Assembly: GCA_030390025.1 (NCBI GenBank)
Contig: JASTWF010000322.1
Location: 124,001-188,000 of the forward strand
Source: Squalus acanthias
Taxonomy: Eukaryota
Length of the DNA: 64,000 nt
Reading direction: 5' to 3'
Shown here: positions 24,401 to 37,100 of the stretch, in pieces
How positions within the stretch are numbered: the first letter of the stretch is position 1
How the letters are laid out: the number at the start of each line of letters is the position of its first letter
Translations under genes and position numbers: made by a program
Notes under the pieces: model-generated
Databases searched by the model: none
What the model was told of the DNA's origin: nothing
Seen by the model: the letters and a program-made list of their open reading frames with translations, nothing else

Positions 24401-27003
24401 CCTGTTCCCGTGTAACAGGCTCGAGGGGCTGAATGGGCCTCCTCCTGTTCCTGTGTAACAGGCTCGAGAGGCTGAATGGCCTCCTCCTGTTCCTGTGTAA
24501 CAGGCTCGAGGGGCTGAATGGGCCTCCTACTGTTCCTGTGTAACAGGCCCGAAGGGCTGAATGGGCCTCCTCCTGTTCCTGTGTAACAGGCTCGAGGGTC
24601 TGAATGGGCCTCCTCCTGTTCCTGTGTAAACAGGCTCGAGGGGCTGAATGGGCCTCCTCCTGTCCCTGTGTAACAGGCTCGAGGGTCTGAATGGGCCTCC
24701 TCCTGTTCCTGTGTAACAGGCTCGAGGGACTGAATGGGCCTCCTCCTGTTCGTGTGTAACAGGCTCGAGGGGCTGAATGGGCCTCCTCCTGTTCCTGTGT
24801 AAACAGGCTCGAGGGTCTGAATGGGCCTCCTCCTGTTCCTGTGTAACAGGCTCGAGGGGCTGAATGGGCCTCCTCCTGTTCGTGTGTAACAGGCTCGAGG
24901 GGCTGAATGGGCCTCCTCCTGTTCCTGTGTAAACAGGCTCGAGTGGCTGAATGGGCCTCCTCCTGTTCCTGTGTAAACAGGCTCGAGGGGCTGAATGGGC
25001 CTCCTCCTGTTCCTGTGTAACAGGCTCGAGGGGCTGAATGGCCCTCCTCCTGTTCCTGTAAACAGGCTCGAGGGGCTGAATGGGCCTCCTCCTGTTCCTG
25101 TGGAACAGGCTCGAGGGGCTGAATGGGCCTCCTCCTGTTCCTGTGTAACAGGCTCGAGGGGGCTGAATGGGCCTCCTCCTGTTCCTGTGTAACAGGCTCG
25201 AGGTGCTGAATGGGCCTCCTCCTGTTCCTGTGTAACAGGCTCGAGGGTCTGAATGGGCCTCCTCCTGTTCCTGTGTAAACAGGCTCGAGGGGCTGAATGG
25301 GCCTCCTCCTGTCCCTGTGTAACAGGCTCGAGGGTCTGAATGGGCCTCCTCCTGTTCCTGTGTAACAGGCTCGAGGGGCTGAATGGGCCTCCTCCTGTTC
25401 GTGTGTAACAGGCTCGAGGGGCTGAATGGGCCTCCTCCTGTTCCTGTGTAAACAGGCTCGAGTGGCTGAATGGGCCTCCTCCTGTTCCTGTGTAAACAGG
25501 CTCGAGGGGCTGAATGGGCCTCCTCCTGTCCCTGTGTAACAGGCTCGAGGGTCTGAATGGGCCTCCTCCTGTTCCTGTGTAACAGGCTCGAGGGGCTGAA
25601 TGGGCCTCCTCCTGTTCCTGTGTAACAGGCTTGAGGGTGCTAAATGGGCCTCCTCCTGTTCCCGTGTAACAGGCTCGAGGGGCTGAATGGGCCTCCTCCT
25701 GTTCCTGTGTAACAGGCTTGAGGGTGCTAAATGGGCCTCCTCTGTTCCTGTGTAACAGGCTCGAGATGGCTGAATGGGCCTCCTCCTATTTCTGTGTCAC
25801 AAGCTCGAGGGGCTGAATGGGCCTGTTCCTGTGTAGCAGGCTCGAGGGGCTGAATGGGCCTCCTCCTGTTCCTGTGTAACAGGCTCGAGGGGCTGAATGG
25901 GCCTCCTCCTGTTCCTGTGTAACAGGCTCGAGGGGGCTGAATGGGCCTCCTCCTGTTCCTGTGTAACAGGCTCGAGGGTCTGAATGTGCCTCCTCCTGTT
26001 CCTGTGTAAACAGGCTCGAGGGGCTGAATGGGCCTCCTCCTGTCCCTGTGTAACAGGCTCGAGGGTCTGAATGGGCCTCCTCCTGTTCCTGTGTAACAGG
26101 CTCGAGGGGCTGAATGGGCCTCCTCCTGTTCGTGTGTAACAGGCTCGAGGGGCTGAATGGGCCTCCTCCTGTTCCTGTGTAAACAGGCTCGAGTGGCTGA
26201 ATGGGCCTCCTCCTGTTCCTGTGTAAACAGGCTCGAGGGGCTGAATGGGCCTCCTCCTGTTCCTGTGTAACAGGCTCGAGGGGCTGAATGGCCCTCCTCC
26301 TGTTCCTGTATAACAGGCTCGAGGGGCTGAATGGGCCTCCTCCTGTTCCTGTGGAACAGGCTCGAGGGGCTGAATGGGCCTCCTCCTGTTCCTGTGTAAC
26401 AGGCTCGAGGGGGCTGAATGGGCCTCCTCCTGTTCCTGTGTAACAGGCTCGAGGTGCTGAATGGGCCTCCTCCTGTTCCTGTGTAACAGGCTCGAGGGTC
26501 TGAATGGGCCTCCTCCTGTTCCTGTGTAAACAGGCTCGAGGGGCTGAATGGGCCTCCTCCTGTCCCTGTGTAACAGGCTCGAGGGTCTGAATGGGCCTCC
26601 TCCTGTTCCTGTGTAACAGGCTCGAGGGGCTGAATGGGCCTCCTCCTGTTCGTGTGTAACAGGCTCGAGGGGCTGAATGGGCCTCCTCCTTTTCCTGTGT
26701 AAACAGGCTCGAGTGGCTGAATGGGCCTCCTCCTGTTCCTGTGTAAACAGGCTCGAGGGGCTGAATGGGCCTCCTCCTGTTCCTGTGTAACAGGCTCGAG
26801 GGGCTGAATGGCCCTCCTCCTGTTCCTGTATAACAGGCTCGAGGGGCTGAATGGGCCTCCTCCTGTTCCTGTGGAACAGGCTCGAGGGGCTGAATGGGCC
26901 TCCTCCTGTTCCTGTGTAACAGGCTCGAGGGGGCTGAATGGGCCTCCTCCTGTTCCTGTGTAACAGGCTCGAGGTGCTGAATGGGCCTCCTCCTGTTCCT
27001 ATG
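21490..27003 (+). repeat. 43-bp CR1-tail minisatellite, about 128 copies, opposite orientation to 14985-19522
   Basis: Unit caggctcgaggggctgaatgggcctcctcctgttcctgtgtaa, with recurring variant units forming higher-order blocks. Confidence 0.95.
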
Positions 27004-27096
27004 TGTCCTTTTGTGAAAAGGATGGACATCGGCTGATTCCTCAAACCTCCCCATTCCGCGCTCTCTCTCATCCTGTTTCTGTGCTGTAAACTGTAT

Positions 27097-27785
27097 GGGC
27101 TGGATTTTACCAGCCCTTTGGAGGCGGGACTGCCAGGAAAATGGCAGACACTGGTAGTTAACAGGCAGTTTTGAGGCTTTTCCCCATTTTACGCCTGCAA
27201 TTGCGGGCTTCCCGACGTCGGGGAAACCCCGCCAGGGTCAGCGAGGCGAGCAGTGGGTCTGCAGGGGGTGAGAGGGGTCGAAATGTCCGCCGTGGAGGTG
27301 AGTGATGGGTGCAAGTGTGGACAGGTAAGTCTGAGAGGTGAGTGTGAAGTGTTGGAAAAAGTTTCCTTACCTTTGTTTCTTTCTGCAGGCTTCAACCATT
27401 GAGGATCTGGAGGTGCCTCATCTCAACGGCAGAGCTGACAGAATGGCTGCTGCATTCTCAGATGCAGCAGCCATCTGCTTTCTGCTGAGGAGAGAGAGGT
27501 CTTGGTGAGCCTTCAGTGCAAGGGCTCACCTTGGAACAGAGATTGTCAGTGTTTGACAGCTTCTCAAATGCTGACAATTCATCTGTCAATAAAATTTCGA
27601 CAGATGAAGCGTCATCTGCTGACGTCCTCTGTCACCGGCTTTCCCTTAATCGGCCGGTAAGCCCGCAGGGCAAGGCCAATCAAGGGAAAATAGCGTGGGT
27701 TCGTCAGATGTCGCTGGGGGCGGGACTAGAACCCGGAAGGCAGCAGTCCCGCCCCCAACTCGTCATGGCTGGCAAAATCCAGACC
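27097..27785. mobile_element. Non-autonomous DNA transposon, PIF/Harbinger-like (689 bp)
   Basis: Imperfect TIRs gggctggattttaccagcc / ggctggcaaaatccagacc and a 3-bp TAT TSD (27094-27096, 27786-27788). Confidence 0.75.
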
Positions 27786-27804
27786 TATTATATCCGTTGA
27801 TTAT

Positions 27805-28440
27805 AATAAATAAAGCCAATTACAGCGGTATGAGGGGCGAGTTGGCTAAGGTAGATTGGAAAAATAGATTAAAAGGTATGGTGAGACCACACCTTGAGTA
27901 CTGTGTGCAGTTTTGGTCGCCTTATCTGAGGAAGGATGTTCTTGCCATGGAAGGAGTTCAGCGAAGATTCACAAGGCTGATACCTGGGATGGCAAGAATG
28001 ACGTATGAAGAGAGATTGGGTCGATTGGGCTTATACTCGCTGGAGTTTAGAAGAATGAGAGGGGATCTCATTGAAACTTATAAAATTCTGACAGGACAGG
28101 ACAGGACAGGACAAACTAGATGCAGGAAGGATGTTCCCGATGGCCGGGGGAGTCCAGAACCAGGGGTCACAGTCTAAGGATAAGGGGTAAGCCATTTAGG
28201 ACAGAAATGAGGAAGAATTTCTTCACCCAGAGAGTGGTGAACCTGTGGAATTCTCTACCACAGAAGGCAGTTGAGGCCAATTCATTAAATAGATTCAAGA
28301 AGGAGTTAGATATAGTTCTTAAGGCTAAAGGGATCAAGGGATATGGGGAGAAGGCAGGGACAGGGTACTGAATTTGGATGATCAGCCATGATCTCATTGA
28401 ATGGCGGAGCAGGCTCGAGGGGCTGAATGGCCTACTCCTG
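27805..28440 (+). mobile_element. Chimeric CR1 fragment (short endonuclease-RT linker piece fused to a 3' end)
   Basis: KVDWKNRLKGM joins directly to [12 protein letters not shown]; the tail runs into a 43-bp array. Confidence 0.85.
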
Positions 28441-30349
28441 TTCCTGTGTAACAGGCTCGAGGGGCTGAATGGGCCTCCTCCTGTTCCTGTGTAACAGGCT
28501 CGAGGGGGCTGAATGGGCCTCCTCCTGTTCCTGTGTAACAGGCTCGAGGTGCTGAATGGGCCTCCTCCTGTTCCTGTGTAAAAGGCTCGAGGGTCTGAAT
28601 GGGCCTCCTCCTGTTCCTGTGTAAACAGGCTCGAGGGGCTGAATGGGCCTCCTCCTGTCCCTGTGTAACAGGCTCGAGGGTCTGAATGGGCCTCCTCCTG
28701 TTCCTGTGTAACAGGCTCGAGGGGCTGAATGGGCCTCCTCCTGTTCGTGTGTAACAGGCTCGAGGGGCTGAATGGGCCTCCTCCTGTTCCTGTGTAAACA
28801 GGCTCGAGTGGCTGAATGGGCCTCCTCCTGTTCCTGTGTAAACAGGCTCGAGGGGCTGAATGGGCCTCCTCCTGTCCCTGTGTAACAGGCTCGAGGGTCT
28901 GAATGGGCCTCCTCCTGTTCCTGTGTAACAGGCTCGAGGGGCTGAATGGGCCTCCTCCTGTTCCTGTGTAACAGGCTTGAGGGTGCTAAATGGGCCTCCT
29001 CCTGTTCCCGTGTAACAGGCTCGAGGGGCTGAATGGGCCTCCTCCTGTTCCTGTGTAACAGGCTTGAGGGTGCTAAATGGGCCTCCTCTGTTCCTGTGTA
29101 ACAGGCTCGAGATGGCTGAATGGGCCTCCTCCTATTCCTGTGTCACAAGCTCGAGGGGCTGAATGGGCCTGTTCCTGTGTAGCAGGCTCGAGGGGCTGAA
29201 TGGGCCTCCTCCTGTTCCTGTGTAACAGGCTCGAGGGGCTGAATGGGCCTCCTCCTGTTCCTGTGTAACAGGCTCGAGGGGGCTGAATGGGCCTCCTCCT
29301 GTTCCTGTGTAACAGGCTCGAGGGTCTGAATGGGCCTCCTCCTGTTCCTGTGTAAACAGGCTCGAGGGGCTGAATGGGCCTCCTCCTGTCCCTGTGTAAC
29401 AGGCTCGAGGGTCTGAATGGGCCTCCTCCTGTTCCTGTGTAACAGGCTCGAGGGGCTGAATGGGCCTCCTCCTGTTCGTGTGTAACAGGCTCGAGGGGCT
29501 GAATGGGCCTCCTCCTGTTCCTGTGTAAACAGGCTCGAGTGGCTGAATGGGCCTCCTCCTGTTCCTGTGTAAACAGGCTCGAGGGGCTGAATGGGCCTCC
29601 TCCTGTTCCTGTGTAACAGGCTCGAGGGGCTGAATGGCCCTCCTCCTGTTCCTGTATAACAGGCTCGAGGGGCTGAATGGGCCTCCTCCTGTTCCTGTGG
29701 AACAGGCTCGAGGGGCTGAATGGGCCTCCTCCTGTTCCTGTGTAACAGGCTCGAGGGGGCTGAATGGGCCTCCTCCTGTTCCTGTGTAACAGGCTCGAGG
29801 TGCTGAATGGGCCTCCTCCTGTTCCTGTGTAACAGGCTCGAGGGTCTGAATGGGCCTCCTCCTGTTCCTGTGTAAACAGGCTCGAGGGGCTGAATGGGCC
29901 TCCTCCTGTCCCTGTGTAACAGGCTCGAGGGTCTGAATGGGCCTCCTCCTGTTCCTGTGTAACAGGCTCGAGGGGCTGAATGGGCCTCCTCCTGTTCGTG
30001 TGTAACAGGCTCGAGGGGCTGAATGGGCCTCCTCCTGTTCCTGTGTAAACAGGCTCGAGTGGCTGAATGGGCCTCCTCCTGTTCCTGTGTAAACAGGCTC
30101 GAGGGGCTGAATGGGCCTCCTCCTGTTCCTGTGTAACAGGCTCGAGGGGCTGAATGGCCCTCCTCCTGTTCCTGTATAACAGGCTCGAGGGGCTGAATGG
30201 GCCTCCTCCTGTTCCTGTGGAACAGGCTCGAGGGGCTGAATGGGCCTCCTCCTGTTCCTGTGTAACAGGCTCGAGGGGGCTGAATGGGCCTCCTCCTGTT
30301 CCTGTGTAACAGGCTCGAGGTGCTGAATGGGCCTCCTCCTGTTCCTATG
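28410..30349 (+). repeat. 43-bp CR1-tail minisatellite, about 45 copies
   Basis: Same unit and same order of variants as about 25100-27003. Confidence 0.95.
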
Positions 30350-30442
30350 TGTCCTTTTGTGAAAAGGATGGACATCGGCTGATTCCTCAAACCTCCCCAT
30401 TCCGCGCTCTCTCTCATCCTGTTTCTGTGCTGTAAACTGTAT

Positions 30443-31131
30443 GGGCTGGATTTTACCAGCCCTTTGGAGGCGGGACTGCCAGGAAAATGGCAGACACTGG
30501 TAGTTAACAGGCAGTTTTGAGGCTTTTCCCCATTTTACGCCTGCAATTGCGGGCTTCCCGACGTCGGGGAAACCCCGCCAGGGTCAGCGAGGCGAGCAGT
30601 GGGTCTGCAGGGGGTGAGAGGGGTCGAAATGTCCGCCGTGGAGGTGAGTGATGGGTGCAAGTGTGGACAGGTAAGTCTGAGAGGTGAGTGTGAAGTGTTG
30701 GAAAAAGTTTCCTTACCTTTGTTTCTTTCTGCAGGCTTCAACCATTGAGGATCTGGAGGTGCCTCATCTCAACGGCAGAGCTGACAGAATGGCTGCTGCA
30801 TTCTCAGATGCAGCAGCCATCTGCTTTCTGCTGAGGAGAGAGAGGTCTTGGTGAGCCTTCAGTGCAAGGGCTCACCTTGGAACAGAGATTGTCAGTGTTT
30901 GACAGCTTCTCAAATGCTGACAATTCATCTGTCAATAAAATTTCGACAGATGAAGCGTCATCTGCTGACGTCCTCTGTCACCGGCTTTCCCTTAATCGGC
31001 CGGTAAGCCCGCAGGGCAAGGCCAATCAAGGGAAAATAGCGTGGGTTCGTCAGATGTCGCTGGGGGCGGGACTAGAACCCGGAAGGCAGCAGTCCCGCCC
31101 CCAACTCGTCATGGCTGGCAAAATCCAGACC
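30443..31131. mobile_element. Duplicate of the PIF/Harbinger-like element
   Basis: Appears identical to 27097-27785 at offset 3346, flanks included. Confidence 0.75.
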
Positions 31132-31150
31132 TATTATATCCGTTGATTAT

Positions 31151-31812
31151 AATAAATAAAGCCAATTACAGCGGTATGAGGGGCGAGTTGGCTAAGGTAG
31201 ATTGGAAAAATAGATTAAAAGGTATGGTGAGACCACACCTTGAGTACTGTGTGCAGTTTTGGTCGCCTTATCTGAGGAAGGATGTTCTTGCCATGGAAGG
31301 AGTTCAGCGAAGATTCACAAGGCTGATACCTGGGATGGCAAGAATGACGTATGAAGAGAGATTGGGTCGATTGGGCTTATACTCGCTGGAGTTTAGAAGA
31401 ATGAGAGGGGATCTCATTGAAACTTATAAAATTCTGACAGGACAGGACAGGACAGGACAGGACAAACTAGATGCAGGAAGGATGTTCCCGATGGCCGGGG
31501 GAGTCCAGAACCAGGGGTCACAGTCTAAGGATAAGGGGTAAGCCATTTAGGACAGAAATGAGGAAGAATTTCTTCACCCAGAGAGTGGTGAACCTGTGGA
31601 ATTCTCTACCACAGAAGGCAGTTGAGGCCAATTCATTAAATAGATTCAAGAAGGAGTTAGATATAGTTCTTAAGGCTAAAGGGATCAAGGGATATGGGGA
31701 GAAGGCAGGGACAGGGTACTGAATTTGGATGATCAGCCATGATCTCATTGAATGGCGGAGCAGGCTCGAGGGGCTGAATGGCCTACTCCTGCTCCTATCT
31801 TCTATGATTCTA
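31151..31812 (+). mobile_element. Duplicate chimeric CR1 fragment with a normal, unamplified tail
   Basis: Copy of 27805-28440 with one extra gacag unit; ends cctatcttctatgattctat. Confidence 0.85.
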
Positions 31813-32528
31813 TATTATATCCGTCGATTATAATAAATAAAGCCAATTACATAGGTATGAGGGGCGAGTTGGCTAAGGTAGATTGGAAAAATAGATTAAA
31901 AGGTATGGTGGTCGATAAGCAGTGGCTAGCATTTAAAGAAATATTTCATAATTCTCAACAAAAATACATTCCATTGAGAAACATAAACTCCACGGGAAAA
32001 GTGATCCAACCGTGGCTAACTAAAGAAGTTCAGGATAGCATTAGATTGAAAGAAGAAGCTTATAATGTTGCAAAGAATAATAGTAAGCCTGAGGATTGGG
32101 AGAGTTTCAGAAACCAGCAAAGGTTGACCAAAAAATTGATAAAAAGGGAAAAAATAGAATATGAGAGAAAACGAGCAAGAAATATAAAAGCAGATTGTAA
32201 GAGCTTCTACAAGTATGTAAAAAGGAAGAGAGTAGCAAAAGTAAACGTCGGTCCCTTAGAGGCTGAGACAGGAGAAATTATTCTGGGGAATAAGGAAATG
32301 GCAGAAACGTTAAACAAATATTTTGTATCTGTCTTCACAGTAGAAGACACAAAAAGCATACCAAAAATGATGGGGAACCAAGGGTCTAATGAGGGTGCGG
32401 AACTTAACGTAATTAATATAAGTAGAGAAAAAGGACTAGAGAAACTAATGGGACTAAAAGCCGACAAATCCCCTGGACCTGACGGCCTACATCCTAGGGT
32501 TCTAAAAGAGGTGGCTGCAGAAATAGTG

Positions 32529-33280
32529 TCCAACACCGCCTTCAGTGTGCCAGTGCAGCCTTCGGTCGCCTGAGGAAGAGAGTGTTTGAAGACCAGGACC
32601 TCAAACCCGGCACTAAGCTCATGGTCTACAGAGCAGCAGTAATACCCGCCCTGCTGTATGCCTCAGAGTCATGGACCATGTATAGCAGGCACCTCAAAGC
32701 ACTGGAGAGGTACCACCAACGCTGCCTCCACAAGATCCTGCAAATCCATTGGCAGGATAGGCGCACCAACGTCAGTGTTCTCGCTCAGGCCAACATCCCC
32801 AGCATCAAAGCTCTGACCACGCTCGATCAGCTCCGATGGACGGGTCACATTGTCCGCATGCCTGATACGAGACTCCCAAAACAAGCGCTCTACTCGGAGC
32901 TCCGGCACGGCAAGACAGCCCCAGGTGGGCAGAGGAAACGCTTCAAGGACACCCTCAAAGCCTCCTTGAAAAAGTGTAACATCCCCACCGACACCTGGGA
33001 ATCCCTGGCCCAAGACCAGAGCACAAAGTGGAGGAGAAGCATCCGGGAAGGCGCCGAACACCTCGAGTCTCTTCGCCGGGAGCAAGCAGAAGCCAAGCGC
33101 AAACAGCGGAAGGAGCGCACGTCAACCCAAGCACCCCACACCCACCCGCCCCCTTCAACCACCGTCTGCCCCACCTGTGACAGAGACTGTCGGTCCTGCA
33201 TTGGACTCATCAGTCACCTGAGAACTCATTTTTAGTGTGGAAGCAAGTCATCCTCGGTTCCGAGGGACTGCCTAAGAAGA
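32529..33280 (+). mobile_element. 5'-truncated RTE-clade LINE
   Basis: TKLMVYRAAVIPALLYASESW, LRWTGHIVRMPDTRLPK, GGQRKRFKD, C-terminal CPTC...HLRTH finger and an (AAG)n tail. Confidence 0.88.
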
Positions 33281-33923
33281 GGATGCACTGGTTTTGAGCT
33301 TCCAAAATTCCCTAGATTCTGGAACGGTCCCAGCGGATTGGAAGGTCGCAAATGTAACACCGCTATTCAAGAAAGGAGGGAGAGAGAAAACGGGGAACTA
33401 CAGGCCAGTTAGCCTGACAACAGTCATCGGGAAAATGCTGGAATCCATTGTTGAGGAAGTGGTATCAGGGCACTTAGAAAATCATAACATGATTAGGCAG
33501 AGTCAACATGGTTTGATGAAAGGGAAATCATGTTTGACAAATTTATTAGAGTTTTTTGAGGATGTAACTAGCAGGGTAGATAAAGGGGAACCAGTGGATG
33601 TAGTATATTTGGATTTCCAAAAGGCATTCGATAAGGTGCCACATAAAAGGTTATTACACAAGATAAGGGCTCATGGGGTTGGGGGTAATATATTAGCATG
33701 GATAGAGGATTAGTTAACGGACAGAAAACAGAAAGTAGGGATAAACGGGTCTTTTTCGGGTTGGCAGGCTGTAACTAGTGGGGTGTCGCAGGGATCAGTG
33801 CTGGGGCCTCAGCTATTTACAATCTATATTAATGACCTAGATGAAGGGACTGAGTGTAATGTATCCAAGTTTGCTGACGATACAAAGCTAGGTGGGACAG
33901 TAAAAAGTGAGGAGAACACAAAG

Positions 33924-34124
33924 TGTCGTAAGAATGAGCCTTACGCGTGGTGAAATTAAAGTAAGCTTTAATCAACTAAAAAGGTGCTACATACAAAAGA
34001 GGTCTTACTCTATGCCTCTCCAGGATCCAACTGATCAGTCCAGTATTTAGTATTTATCCTGGACTAATCACAGGAAGTGATGCAATAAAGTTCGAGTCAC
34101 AGGAAGCTGTATTGTGTTACCACA
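33924..34124 (-). repeat. 3' LTR (201 bp), preceded on the minus strand by the PPT (poly-G)-AGAA (34125-34137)
   Basis: Differs from 38206-38399 by one substitution and a 7-bp duplication. Confidence 0.93.
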
Positions 34125-34188
34125 TTCTCCCCCCCCCAAAAGATTAGGAGGCCGGGATGAAGTTCGAGTCACAGGAAGCTGTATTGTG

Positions 34189-37100
34189 TTACCACATTCT
34201 CCCTCCATTTCGTAGCCGCTGGACGAGGGAGAGCCGCACCCGTTTGGGTTCTCGTAGCGGTAGAGGGCCCCTAGCCCGTTTACCCGCCGCGGGCCGTGGA
34301 CCAGAGTCCGAGTGATCCAGTCCGCTCTGTGAGGGGTCAGGACGATCCTGACTGTGTACTGGTGCCCGAACGGGTGTCGGGCAGGGCTGTGGCAGATCCG
34401 TTTCCGAGCGTACGGTACAGGGTGGATCGTGGCTGCGCGTGCGAGCCCCGACGGGCTCATAGTCAGTCTGCCCCAGGTCGGCATGCTGGAGTGAGGTACC
34501 AGCCGGCGTCAGATCCAGATCGTGATGAGAGGCACCTGGCGAGCCCAGAGATGTGCCTGGTACAATATCATCCCCTGGTGTCCCTCTATGTTTCGGCGGG
34601 CAGGGAGCCAGATCCCGCAATGACACGGTAGATTCCCGACCGTCAGGATACCGAATATAGGCGTAGGTAGGGTTGACGTCAGTGAGCTCAACCTCATCTA
34701 CCAGGGGGTCATTCTTAGACGCCCGGACATATCTTCGGAGTAGCACTGGTCCCGGTGCAGTCAGCCACGACGGGAGAGATATCCCATAGGATGAGCGACG
34801 CTGAAATCGGAAGAACCGTTCATGAGGCGTCGTGTTTCTGGCGGTCGAAAGGAGGGACCGTGTGGAGTTTAATGCGTCTGGAAGTACTGCTTCCCATTGC
34901 TGGTTGGGTAGGCCCCGAGATCTCAAAGCCAGACGTACCGCATTCCAGATGATAGCGTTAAAACGCTCGACTTGCCCATTCCCGACCGGATGATAAGGCG
35001 TCGTTTTGCTGGCAGCAATACCCCATTCCGAGAGATAGGCCTTGAGTTCTCCTGACATAAAAGAAGGGCCCCGATCCGAATGAACATAGGATGCCATGCC
35101 ACAGAAAGCAAATACCTGCTCAAGGCAGCTGATAACCGTGGTCGTCAGCATATTGGGGCAGGGAAAGGCAAACGGAAAACGGGAATACTCATCGACCATG
35201 GTCAATAGATAAGTGTTGCGAGTTGAAGAGGGCAATGGCCCCTTAAAATCGATGCTAAGCCGTTGCATTGGCTGGGTCGCATGTATGAGTATACCACCCG
35301 AGGGGTGGAAAAACCGAGGTTTCAATTCCGCACAGACTCTGCAGTCCGAGCACATCTTCTTTACATCCCCGGTAGAGAATGGGAGATTTCGGGACCGCAC
35401 GAAGTGTAGCATGCGAGTAACGCCCGGATGACACAACCCATCATGGATGTCTACGAGCGTAGAGGGTGCCATGGCAGAGCAGAATGCTCGTGTGAGGGTA
35501 TCCGGAGCCACATTCTCCTTGCCAGGTCGATAGTGGATGGTGTAACCAAAAGAGGCCAATTCCAGCCGCCAAAGCTGGATTTTATTATTTTTAATTTTGG
35601 TCCGTTTTCGATTATCGAGCATGAAGGCGACCGATCGCTGGTCCGTGATTAAGGTAAAGTGCTGGCGAGCTAGGAGATGACTCCACTTCCGTACTGCCTC
35701 TATGATGGCTGTAGCTTCTTTCTCGACTGGAGGATAATGTAGCTCAGCCCCTTGAAAAGTCCTGGACAAAAATGCCACCGGACGACCTTCCTGATTCAGA
35801 GTGGTTGAGATCGCCACCTCCGAGGCATCACACTCAATGACAAAAGGAAGACTCTCATCGATGGAGTGAAGAGCCGCTTTCTCCAACTGTTTTTTCAGGA
35901 GGTTAAAGGCTGCAACAGCCGCTGTGTCTAGTGGGAATGTGCTGGCCTTCAGTAGAGGTTGGATTCGGTCCGAGAAGTTAGGAATCCATTTAGCATAGTA
36001 TGCAAACAGGCCGAGGGCCCGGCGCAAGGAGGCTGGATTCTTAGGTGGCGGGAGTTCTTGGAGTGGGCGAAGCCTTTCAGGGTCAGGTTTAATGATGCCA
36101 TTGCCCACACAATAGCCAAGGATGTTGATGGTTGGTTGTGACTCAATGGATTTAGCCGCATTTAATGTCAAATTACGGTGCTGGAGTGCATCCCAAAATC
36201 GTTGGAGATTGGCGTCATGTTCCCGCTGATTGCGACCTGCGACAGTAATATTGTCCAGATAAGGAAACGTATCCTTCAAGTCTTCCTGTTTGACCAGGTC
36301 ATCCATTGCTCGCTGGAAGACAGCCACTCCATTAGTGACCCCAAAGGGGAGGCGACGAAATTGATACAGCCGTCCATTGGCTTCAAAGGCCGTATACTGC
36401 TTGTCTGAGACCTTCAAGGGTACCTGATGATAGGCACTTTTCAGATCATATGTTGAGAACACCGTGTACTCAGCCAATTTATTAACCATATCATCGATGC
36501 GCGGCAATGGGTATGCGTCCAAGTCCGTATATTGATTGATGGTCTGTGAATAGTCAATGCACAGCCGTTTCTTGTGAGGTTGTAGAGGGTTCTTAACAAT
36601 AACGACCTGGGCGAGCCATGGCGACGAACAAGGCTCGATGATATCCTCTGCTAAAAGCCGAGAAATCTCAGCCGCAATAAAAGACTGGTCTTCCTGACTG
36701 AAACGTCGTGACTTTGTTATAATCGGTTTGCATCGAGGAGGGATATTGGAAAACAGTGAGGGTTCATCCAGTGAAGCTGCTGACAATGCACAGAACGGTA
36801 ATCGAGGTAGTATATTAGAAATAGTGAATTCAGGTTTGGATCCGCCGAACTCAATGGTGAGCTTCTTATGCTGCTTTTGAAAATCCAGCCCTAAGATAAG
36901 ATCACTACATAAGTCCTTGAGCACCGAAAGCCGGGTGGAGGGATACCTGCGACCATTAAGTGTTATTTCAACCATACAAAAGCCAGAAATTCTGGTATTA
37001 AGTGATGACTGAGCCATCGCAATTGCCTGGTCCGATGGGAAAACATGTAGCTTTAACTCTGCAACAATCTGTTCCCTAATGAAACTATCAGTGCTACCTG

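Noticed and set aside
14905..30417. Long ORFs (280-643 aa) of repeated RACYTGTGGGPFSP / EPVTQEQEEAHSAP
   Set aside because: They are translations of the 43-bp array, which is stop-poor on one strand and cycles through frames. No gene structure supports them.
34189..34600. Chromodomain or env at the Gypsy C-terminus
   Set aside because: The tail after integrase is Pro/Ser-rich and low in complexity, with no such motif, and there is no room for an extra ORF before the PPT.
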